From the IMG/VR virus record IMGVR_UViG_3300037506_000023, positions 1 to 37,596 of that record: 37,596 bases of DNA; one strand, written 5' to 3'. The stretch comes from a virus (taxonomy: Duplodnaviria; Caudoviricetes). The notes beneath the pieces were generated by a model. That model saw only the letters and a list, made by a program, of their open reading frames with translations, had not been told where the DNA came from and did not search any database. Positions 7,585 to 15,149 of the stretch are shown piece after piece. The translations under genes were made by a program, and so were the position numbers. How positions within the stretch are numbered: position 1 is the stretch's first letter; each line of letters begins with the position of its first letter.

Positions 7585-7821
7585 GAATTCGTCGAGCCGC
7601 CGCTCACGCTACCCTTTCGACGAGTTAGCCTCGGCTCACGCGTCCAAAGAGAGCGGCGGTTCGACGGGTTCTTGATTTTCCCTTCGAGCGGTTGTATTGT
7701 GTCGACGCGTGATGGGGAAACAGAAATCGACTTCGTAGATCCGACGCCCGCTTCTGGTTCCGCCCGTCACGCAACCGAGCGAAGTCTTGGCGGGCGTTGG
7801 ATCTACGTGGTCGCGTTGCGT
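7585..7821 (+). ncRNA. Putative structured leader or small RNA (three long stem-loops)
   Basis: Stems 7585-7605/7651-7671, 7676-7682/7714-7720 and 7734-7752/7789-7807; non-WC pairs are G-U on the + strand; begins right after the promoter. Confidence 0.6.
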
Positions 7822-7831
7822 TGGAGGGTGG

Positions 7832-8830
7832 GTGAACTGGTATCGTGTTGACGTCGGGGCGCATGAGCACAAGAAAGTGCGTCGCGTCGCGGAAGAACTT
7901 GGTATCAAGTTGGCCGAGGCGTGGTGGATCGTGACGCGTGTGTGGGATCGAGCGGGCTTCTACGATTCGCGAAGCGGGATCGTCGATCTAACACCCGACG
8001 AGCTTCTGCGGGCGATGGCACTTCACGACGCGGGCGTTACCGGAGTGACCGCCGAGTCGCTCGTAGACGCATTACTACAGCACCGGGTTCTTGACCGAGA
8101 CTGCGACGGGAATCTCGTCGTCCACGGCTGGGCCGGACGTAACGGCGCGGCGACTCCGGCCGAGCGTGCAAGGGCGTTTCGGGAGCGGAAACGTAAGCGT
8201 AACGACGTAACGTTACGCGCAACGTTCGCGTGTAACGACAAGCGTAACGAACAGCGTAATAAGGAAAGTAACGTCTACGTACGTACGTACGAACGTACGA
8301 ACATACAAACGAACGGCTCCGCCGTCGTCGTTCCCCCAGTGGTCGAAATATCAGAAACCAACACTCAATCTACAGCGAGCGATCAAACGCGTTCGCGTCG
8401 AACGCCTCCGCGTTCGCGCTCACCGGAGGCGGTTGAAGTTGCTACGCAAACTCCTCCTCCGCTTCTCGGACTCACGCTCTACGAGCAGGACGTGAAGCTC
8501 GTTCGTCGGTGGGAGGAACTCTTCGCAGCGTGGAAGATCGCATACCCCGGCGTTGACGTCGTCGCCGAGATCCGGGAGGCGCACGCTTGGGAGGTGGCGA
8601 ACCCGACCCGCCGCAAGAAAGACCGGCCACGTTTCCTCGCGGCGTGGCTTGCGAGGGCGCAGGATCGGGCTCCGGTGTCGAACGCGGCGACGAGGGCGCG
8701 TGAACACGAGGCGCGTTTGCGACGCGAGACGGAAGCGCAGTTACGCTCCGAGGGTCGCTCGGAGGCGGAGATCATCCGGTATTTCGGCGGGGCCGTGCCC
8801 GTACCCGACGACGGCTCCCCGGCGTTTTAG
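7832..8830 (+). CDS. Phage replication initiator / replisome organiser
   Basis: GTG start with GGAGG RBS; N-terminal WYRVD..HKKV, V(H)GW..RN, AER.R.FRERKR; internal repeat region; C-terminal W..NP..RK..RFL..WL.RAQ domain. Confidence 0.75.
   Translation: MNWYRVDVGAHEHKKVRRVAEELGIKLAEAWWIVTRVWDRAGFYDSRSGIVDLTPDELLRAMALHDAGVTGVTAESLVDALLQHRVLDRDCDGNLVVHGWAGRNGAATPAERARAFRERKRKRNDVTLRATFACNDKRNEQRNKESNVYVRTYERTNIQTNGSAVVVPPVVEISETNTQSTASDQTRSRRTPPRSRSPEAVEVATQTPPPLLGLTLYEQDVKLVRRWEELFAAWKIAYPGVDVVAEIREAHAWEVANPTRRKKDRPRFLAAWLARAQDRAPVSNAATRAREHEARLRRETEAQLRSEGRSEAEIIRYFGGAVPVPDDGSPAF
8190..8316. repeat. Probable replication origin (iterons plus AT-richer tract) inside the initiator gene
   Basis: Multiple GTAACG copies, palindrome GTAACGTTAC and (TACG)n; lambda ori-in-O arrangement. 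Confidence 0.7.
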
Positions 8831-8839
8831 GAGAATTCG

Positions 8840-9544
8840 ATGCCCTCACTTGACAGCGTGAAAGACAGCCTCGGCCCGATCTTCGCGATCCTCGGGATCA
8901 CGTCGCCGACGGCGCAGGAAGAGTACGCGGCGGCGATGGCGAACGCGCTTCACTGGATGCCCGGCCAGCAGTTTCACGAGTGCGTCAAAACCCTTGCCAT
9001 CGAGATGCATGGCGGGCGTCGCCCCGTCCCCGCGCAAGTCGTGGCGATCTGGCACAAGCTCGCGGACAAGTTCGGTTGGAAGTACAAGCCACGTAAGAAG
9101 TGCTCTCGCTGCAACGACGCTCGCTTCGTCCGCGCCGCCGTCCGCGACCGCCGCTCGGGACATCTCTACGCCTCCGCGAAGCCCTGCTCGTCCTGCAACG
9201 GCTCTCTCGCCGTCGCCGCGAGTGAAGACTTCGACGGCCTCGACTGGAACGCCTACGCCGACGCTCCGCCCGTTTTCGACGGCCGCCCCGTGCAAGTGCT
9301 CTCTGTACGACTGCTCTCCGACGACGAACTCTCCCGCGAGGTCGCGGCGTTCTCGCCGAAGGGTGCGCGAGCGTCGCAAACGATCATCGCGGCGTTCCCC
9401 GATCTCGCGTCGAAGTACCCGAACGCGACGAATCTTGTTCAGGAGATCGCGTCGAGCGTGGAGACGGTCGCGTCGCCGTGCGTCGCCGAACGTGAGCCCG
9501 CAAGTACGATTTCGCTTGAAGAGTCCGAGGGTGACCCGTTATAG
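8840..9544 (+). CDS. Putative helicase loader-like protein with Zn motif
   Basis: Follows the initiator; CSRC...CSSC; P.PAQV motif. Confidence 0.5.
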   Translation: MPSLDSVKDSLGPIFAILGITSPTAQEEYAAAMANALHWMPGQQFHECVKTLAIEMHGGRRPVPAQVVAIWHKLADKFGWKYKPRKKCSRCNDARFVRAAVRDRRSGHLYASAKPCSSCNGSLAVAASEDFDGLDWNAYADAPPVFDGRPVQVLSVRLLSDDELSREVAAFSPKGARASQTIIAAFPDLASKYPNATNLVQEIASSVETVASPCVAEREPASTISLEESEGDPL

Positions 9545-9568
9545 TTCGTGCCGATTAGGGGGTAGCGA

Positions 9569-9994
9569 GTGACGCAAGACTTCATCGCGGTACACGACGG
9601 GCCGGAGTTGATCGCTTCGGGACGAATCTCCGGCGATCTTCCGCCGAAGGCGAACTCTCGCAAGATCGCGCGGCATGGTTCGCTGCTCCGCGTCATCAAG
9701 AGCCGCGAGGCTCTCGCTTGGGCGAAGCGTTTCCGCGCGCTCGCGCAAGCGACCCTGCTTAACTACCGCTTCAAGCCCGTCGAGGGCACGAAAGATAACC
9801 AGTTCGAGCTTCACGTAAGCGTAACGTACTCGTCGTGGCGTCGTGACGTCGAAATCGAACTGCTCAAGGACGTGATTCAGGACGCCGGGATCATCAACAA
9901 CGACCGCTGGATCACCCGTCTCGTCGTTGACCGGACCGTTGACCGTAGAACTCCACGAACCGAGTGGCGTCTTTTACGTCGGGGCGAGGCGTGA
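9569..9994 (+). CDS. rusA: RusA-like Holliday junction resolvase
   Basis: PPKANS, RRDVE..LLKDVIQDAGII.NDR, PRTE. Confidence 0.75.
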   Translation: MTQDFIAVHDGPELIASGRISGDLPPKANSRKIARHGSLLRVIKSREALAWAKRFRALAQATLLNYRFKPVEGTKDNQFELHVSVTYSSWRRDVEIELLKDVIQDAGIINNDRWITRLVVDRTVDRRTPRTEWRLLRRGEA

Positions 9995-10104
9995 AGACTC
10001 TTCCGAAGCCGTACTACGCCGACGAGGCCGTCGGGATCGAACTCAACGAGGCGTATTGTCGCGTCGCCGCGGGAAGGCTGGCGCAGTCGGTGTTTGCTTG
10101 GTAG
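9991..10104 (+). pseudogene. Internally deleted DNA methyltransferase remnant (37 codons)
   Basis: Reads VKTLPKPYYADEAV-GIELNEAYCRVAAGRLAQSVFAW: typical N- and C-termini of phage N4/N6 MTases with the catalytic core missing. Confidence 0.75.
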
Positions 10105-10112
10105 GGGGAGAC

Positions 10113-10700
10113 GTGGAGATTCAACCGCCCATCGTGACGTTGATTCCGGTTGCGAACCTCAAGCCGTGGCCTCAGAATCCGCGCAAGGGACACGCGGTTC
10201 AGGAGATCGCCAACAGCATCGAGGCTTTTGGGTATCTCTCGCCGATCATCGTCCAGAAGGGTACGAACCGAATCATCGCCGGGCACGGACGTCTTGAGGC
10301 GTTGAAGCTCAAGGGCGTCTCCGAAGTGCCGTGCATCGTCGCGGACATCGACGACGAGAAGGCCGACCTCTACACGCTCGCGGACAACAAGCTCACCGAG
10401 CGCGCGGAGTGGGACTACGAACTCTTGATCGAGCAGTTGCGAGCGTTGCCGCTCGATAAGGCGCTCCTCGTCGGCTTCGAGCAGAACGAACTCGACACAC
10501 TCTTGAATGTGGAGTGGGCACCCGAGAAGATCGAAGACCTTGAGGCGATGACGTGTACGCGGTCGATTGTTGTCACGGAAGAGCAGTACGGAACGATTCA
10601 ACGTGCCGTGCTCGCGATGCGTGATGCGAACAACGATCCCGAAGTGCCGGAGGGTCGCTGCGTGGAGTTGATCTGCGCCGACTATCTGGCGGGTGTGTGA
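10113..10700 (+). CDS. ParB/Srx N-terminal domain protein (DNA-modification-associated type)
   Basis: LKPWPQNPR, SIEAFGY..PIIV, IIAGHGR, LADNK. Confidence 0.85.
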   Translation: MEIQPPIVTLIPVANLKPWPQNPRKGHAVQEIANSIEAFGYLSPIIVQKGTNRIIAGHGRLEALKLKGVSEVPCIVADIDDEKADLYTLADNKLTERAEWDYELLIEQLRALPLDKALLVGFEQNELDTLLNVEWAPEKIEDLEAMTCTRSIVVTEEQYGTIQRAVLAMRDANNDPEVPEGRCVELICADYLAGV

Positions 10701-11260
10701 TGTTCGGCTCGCGTACCATCCAGAGGGGGGGAGCGACGTTGAAGACGGCGACTCGACTACCGGCGCTCTTGGTGTCGTACGTCTACCGCGAGCCGTTCCT
10801 GCGCGATCAAGCGAAGTACCGCTATCGCGATTGGGTGCTCGACTCGGGCGCGTTCTCGGCGTACGTATCGGGCGCGGTGATCGAGAACCGTGCGTTCATC
10901 GAAGAGGCGAAGCGGCTGCTTGCAACCGACAAGACGTTGACGGAAGTCTTCGCGCTCGACGTGATCGGCGATTACAAGACGAGTCTGCGGAACTGCGAGG
11001 AGGCGTGGGAGCAGGGCTTGCCCGCCATCCCGACTTATCACGCCGGAGAGCCAGAGAGTCACTTACGAGATATCGCGAAGCGGTTCCCGAAGATCGCGCT
11101 CGGCGGTGTCGTTGGGTCCAAAAACAAGCTGTCTTGGGCGAAACAGTGCTTCGCTCGCGTGTACCCGAAACGTATCCACGGCTTCGGCTCCGAGAAGGCG
11201 ATCATGGCTTTGAACCGCTCGGCGTCGGTGTCGTCATCCAGGGCGTTCACTCCTGCATGA
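10697..11260 (+). pseudogene. dpdA: DpdA-like (TGT family) 7-deazaguanine DNA transglycosylase, 3'-truncated
   Basis: LDSGAFS, LDVIGD, PTYH, IALGG and IHGFG present; the downstream S.D catalytic motif is missing and homology stops near 11212. Confidence 0.7.
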
Positions 11261-11367
11261 GCATGAGAGGTGTACGTTCGGATGGAGCGATGGTCACGTC
11301 ATCCATGCTGGGCGTACTACGTCACAACGACGCCGCCCGTGAAGAGTTTCTGAGGCTTACGCGATGA
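11212..11367 (+). pseudogene. folE: GTP cyclohydrolase I C-terminal fragment
   Basis: EPLGVGVVIQGVHSCMSMRGV...MVTSSMLG..R....AREEFL; no N-terminal part or start codon. Confidence 0.85.
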
Positions 11368-11792
11368 AGAACCCCATCGACGCCATCGAGACGAAGCTCA
11401 AGACGAACCTCGCCAACGCGAAGAAGCGCGAGGAGGACGCGAACGCTCGGATACAGACGACGAAGCCGCAGTCCGACGGATGGTTCAGCGCCCTCAAGGA
11501 AGTGGACCGCGCCCGGAGCAGCCTCATCGAAGCCGAGCACGAACTCGCGAGCTTCCAAGCGGCACGCCAACGCTTCCGAGTCGTCAACGGTGCGTCTCCG
11601 AAGAAGCACTCGATCACCGTCCCGATCTACGTCTTCTGCGTCGCTCACTCGAAGCCAGCGGAGCCGACGCCGACCATCGTCAAGCCGTTCGGTGATGGAG
11701 TCCTCGCCGTCTGCGTCCGCTGCGCCGAGATCGGTAACGCGCTCAAGGAACGACTTCAGGAGGAGATGATCTCCGGCGAGGCGAAACCGTGA
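11364..11792 (+). CDS. Hypothetical coiled-coil / Zn-binding protein
   Basis: ATGA coupling; CVAH...CVRC. Confidence 0.7.
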   Translation: MKNPIDAIETKLKTNLANAKKREEDANARIQTTKPQSDGWFSALKEVDRARSSLIEAEHELASFQAARQRFRVVNGASPKKHSITVPIYVFCVAHSKPAEPTPTIVKPFGDGVLAVCVRCAEIGNALKERLQEEMISGEAKP

Positions 11793-12046
11793 CGCTACCC
11801 CTCCTTCCGTTCGCAACCCCGATCCGCTACTTGGTCAACGAGCGGCGCGGAGACTACTTCGTTCGAGTCCAGACCACGCCGACGAACGGCGTCGCCACCT
11901 TCGTCTGGAAGGGTCGTTACGCCATCGGTCGTCCGTACGCCGAGGCTGAGTGGCGCAACGCAATGGACGCCGAGCACGCGATCTCCGAACTCGCGAAGGC
12001 GTACGCGATCAAGCTCCCGTTGCGCGACGGAACGGGGATAGGATAG
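11789..12046 (+). CDS. Hypothetical protein
   Basis: GTGA coupling, fills the operon. Confidence 0.6.
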   Translation: MTLPLLPFATPIRYLVNERRGDYFVRVQTTPTNGVATFVWKGRYAIGRPYAEAEWRNAMDAEHAISELAKAYAIKLPLRDGTGIG

Positions 12047-12055
12047 GCTTCTAGC

Positions 12056-12604
12056 GTGGCTCTGACAGAGAGACAGAGGAGATTCGCGGAGGCTTATTCT
12101 AAGCTCGCGAACGCGACCCGCGCCGCTATCGAGGCGGGCTATTCAGAGAAGGGCGCGCACGTTCAAGGGAGCTTGCTATTACGCAACCCTAAAGTGCAAG
12201 CCGCGCTCGGGGCGAAACGCATCAACCGTGGGATGCACGCCGAGAAGACGTACGAGAACATGATCGCGCTCGCGGGGATCGCGCTTGAAGAGGTTCAGAA
12301 AGCGAGAGCGTCGGGCGACTACAAGAGACTCTTCTTGGCGATTCAGAACGCGGACCGCACGCTCTCGACGCTCGGCAAGTGCGAGGGCTTGTTCGCGGCG
12401 GTCGAGGCGGCGAACATCAACGTGGCGAAGGTGGCCGTGAATATGCAGCAACTCGTTCAGGTCTTCGAGAAGCAGTATGCGCCACAACTCAACGGCGAGG
12501 CCGAGTCGGTGCCGACGCTAATGATCGAGACGACCTCCGCGCCGAAGATCGAGACGACGACGACCGTCGAAGAGAGCGGGGGCGGCGACGTGTCCGCCGC
12601 GTAA
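12056..12604 (+). CDS. terS: Terminase small subunit
   Basis: LTERQRRFAEAY...NATRAAIEAGYSEK.A...LLRNPKV. Confidence 0.9.
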   Translation: MALTERQRRFAEAYSKLANATRAAIEAGYSEKGAHVQGSLLLRNPKVQAALGAKRINRGMHAEKTYENMIALAGIALEEVQKARASGDYKRLFLAIQNADRTLSTLGKCEGLFAAVEAANINVAKVAVNMQQLVQVFEKQYAPQLNGEAESVPTLMIETTSAPKIETTTTVEESGGGDVSAA

Positions 12605-12605
12605 C

Positions 12606-15149
12606 GTGGACGCCGAACAAGAGAAGCTTTACCGCGCCGTCAAGCAGTCGCCGGAGTTCTTCTTCCGTGAGATCCTCGGGGCGACGCCGTACGCCGAACA
12701 AGTGCCGATCCTTGCCGACGTACGCGACTCCCGTCGCGTCGCGATCAAGAGCGGTCACTCGGCGGGCAAGGACTGGCTCGCCGCGAGACTCGCGCTATGG
12801 TTCCACGTCTCGCACTATCCAAGCATCGTCGTCGTGACGGGGCCCTGCTTTGATGACAAGACGGAAATTCTGACCGATGCAGGATGGAAATTATTCCGCG
12901 ACCTCAACAAGACAGAAAAGGTCGCGTCGCTTGTTGATGGTGAGATGCGGTTTGTAACGCCAAGAGATTGGATGAACTTCCCATCTCCTGGCGAAATGAT
13001 TGGTCACAAGGGGCGCGATCTTGACTTCCTTGTGAGCCCCAATCATCGGTTGTACGTTCGTAGAGAAGGATGCAACGGGCCGCGAGGCTCTTGGGGAATG
13101 CGTGAGGCGAGCGAGTGCTACGGGCAAACGCGTTTACGTTTCAGTCGCGAGGTCAAGTGGAGCGGCGTAGAGGACGCATGGAGCGAGCGGCATTACGAAC
13201 TGTTCGGGTTCTGGATGGCGGACGGATACGCTCGCGCAGGAGCGGACAGAGGCGGCCACAAGCGCTACGAGGTAACGCTAACTCAAGCGTTCTTCCCAGA
13301 ATATGCCCGTGATTTGCTGTTGACGCTTGGCGAGAAGGTGACGACGACGTCGCGTAAAAAACCGACTGGTTGCGAGCGGTGGCGCGATTCGTGGAACTAC
13401 ACCGTGCGCGGCAAGAAGTGGGCGTCCTTCTTCGTCGAGAACTTCTACCGTGGGCGCGAGAAGTTCATACCGGATTGGGTTCTAAACGCCTCGACGTCGA
13501 AACTGCGAGCGTTCATCAAAGGGTACTACGCTGGCGACGGCGACAAGAGCAAGAGCAACGGTGGAGTGCGAAGAATTCGCGTCTACGGCTCGAAAGAGTT
13601 AGCGGACCGCTTGCAGATAGCAGCGATGAAGGCCGGATACGTTGTCAACGTGCACGGCCCTAATCGTCGTAGGCGAGATACCGACTCGCTTGAATGGTCG
13701 TGCACGTTGATGGCCCGTGATGGGCACGCATTTCCGAATAGTCACGTCAACTTGTGGTATAGGCGTCGGTACACGGGTCGAATCTATTGCGTGAAGGTTG
13801 ATAGCGGCGTCATCATGGTTCGGCGTAACGGCGTTTATCATTGGAGCGGGAACACAGACAGACAGGTCCGCAAGGTCGTCTGGGGCGAGATCGCAGACGC
13901 CTACAAGAACTCGCGTGTACCTATCGGCGGAACGCTTTTGACGCACGAGCTTCAAAGCGGCGATCCGCGCCACTACATGATCGGCTACACGGCGACGAGA
14001 TCGGACGCTTTCCAGGGCTTTCACTCGGACAACGTGCTCGTCGTCGTGACGGAGGCGAGCGGCATCTCTCCCGAGATCTGGAAGGGCATCGACGCGCTCA
14101 TGACGGCGCGCGCTCACGCGAAGCTACTCGCCATCGGGAACGCGCTCTACGAACCCGGCAGCGAGTTCGCCGCCATGTTCGCGGAGAAGGCGGCGATCTA
14201 CAAGACGCACACTCTCGACTCGCGCAAGTCGCCGTACTGCTCGCCCGAGTGGATCGAGGAGATGCGGACGATCTACGGCGAAGGCTCTCCCGTATGGCTC
14301 GCGCGCGTCGAGGGCATCTTCCCGACGGACGTCGCCGATACGTTGATCCCTCTCGGCTGGATCGAACGCGCTCACTCGCGGTGGACGAACGAGGAGCCGC
14401 TTGAAGCTCCGGCGCTCGGCGTGGACGTCGCACGGTTCGGCTCCGACGAGACGGTCTTTTACGAGGCTCGCGGCCCGCGTGTACGTTGCGTCTACGTCGC
14501 GCAGGGACACGACCTCATGGACACCGCTGGGCGAGTCGCCGCGTGGATCAACGAGCAGAAGAAGACGGGAGGCGACGCCGCCGCGCGTCGCGTACGCATC
14601 GACGACACGGGACTCGGCGGAGGCGTCACGGATCGTTTGCGCGAACTTGGGCACTACGTCACGCCGATCAACTTCGGCGCGTCGGCGAGCGACTCGGAGC
14701 GATACGCGAACGCACGCTCGGAACTCTTCTTCACGTTACGCGAGAGGTTCCGTACGAACGAGATCGCGCTCGACCCCGCAGATCGTAAGCTCCTGCGTGA
14801 CGTCTCGACGATCAAGTATCGTATGACGTCGAAAGGACAGATCCAGCTTGAGTCGAAAGCCGACATGAAGAAGAGACTCGGGCACTCTCCCGACAGGGCC
14901 GACGCTCTCGCGCTCGCGTGTATCCCGCAGTCGATTGCGTCGGAGGTGTCGAGCGGTCGCGTGTCGAATTCGGGCTTGCTCGACTTCATGCGCGAACAGA
15001 CGCTTGCGCTACAGAAGAATTCCCGGCAAGATGCGTCGCGGGGTAAGATTCCCGTAGCGGGCCTTCCGGGGGCGGCGGAAATTTTGGAGAAGGGGCGCGA
15101 TGGCGAAGCGGATCGCCGGGCCGCAGAGTGGCACTCAAGATTCGGGTAA
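12606..15149 (+). CDS. terL: Terminase large subunit containing an intein
   Basis: Walker A SGHSAGKD, Walker B-like VVVTEA, GNA coupling region, nuclease GVDVARFGSD and SPDRADA. Confidence 0.95.
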   Translation: MDAEQEKLYRAVKQSPEFFFREILGATPYAEQVPILADVRDSRRVAIKSGHSAGKDWLAARLALWFHVSHYPSIVVVTGPCFDDKTEILTDAGWKLFRDLNKTEKVASLVDGEMRFVTPRDWMNFPSPGEMIGHKGRDLDFLVSPNHRLYVRREGCNGPRGSWGMREASECYGQTRLRFSREVKWSGVEDAWSERHYELFGFWMADGYARAGADRGGHKRYEVTLTQAFFPEYARDLLLTLGEKVTTTSRKKPTGCERWRDSWNYTVRGKKWASFFVENFYRGREKFIPDWVLNASTSKLRAFIKGYYAGDGDKSKSNGGVRRIRVYGSKELADRLQIAAMKAGYVVNVHGPNRRRRDTDSLEWSCTLMARDGHAFPNSHVNLWYRRRYTGRIYCVKVDSGVIMVRRNGVYHWSGNTDRQVRKVVWGEIADAYKNSRVPIGGTLLTHELQSGDPRHYMIGYTATRSDAFQGFHSDNVLVVVTEASGISPEIWKGIDALMTARAHAKLLAIGNALYEPGSEFAAMFAEKAAIYKTHTLDSRKSPYCSPEWIEEMRTIYGEGSPVWLARVEGIFPTDVADTLIPLGWIERAHSRWTNEEPLEAPALGVDVARFGSDETVFYEARGPRVRCVYVAQGHDLMDTAGRVAAWINEQKKTGGDAAARRVRIDDTGLGGGVTDRLRELGHYVTPINFGASASDSERYANARSELFFTLRERFRTNEIALDPADRKLLRDVSTIKYRMTSKGQIQLESKADMKKRLGHSPDRADALALACIPQSIASEVSSGRVSNSGLLDFMREQTLALQKNSRQDASRGKIPVAGLPGAAEILEKGRDGEADRRAAEWHSRFG
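12846..13853 (+). mobile_element. Intein with LAGLIDADG homing endonuclease (336 aa)
   Basis: Starts CFDDKTEILT; block B VSPNH; LFGFWMADG and FIKGYYAGDG; ends WSGN before Thr; removal restores VVTGP-TDRQV. Confidence 0.92.

Noticed and set aside
7479-7607. 42-codon minus-strand ORF behind the AAAGGGTAGC motif
   Set aside because: Runs through a promoter and terminator with no protein-like signal; kept only as an alternative explanation for the seed motif
10113-10700. ParB as evidence of a plasmid-prophage partition system
   Set aside because: No ParA, no HTH and no parS array seen; this ParB type accompanies DNA-modification genes
10721-10731. G7 tract as a phase-variation switch for dpdA
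   Set aside because: Removing one G would fuse the 10693 start to dpdA, but the run is short and also serves as an SD for a TTG start at 10739; no support without reads
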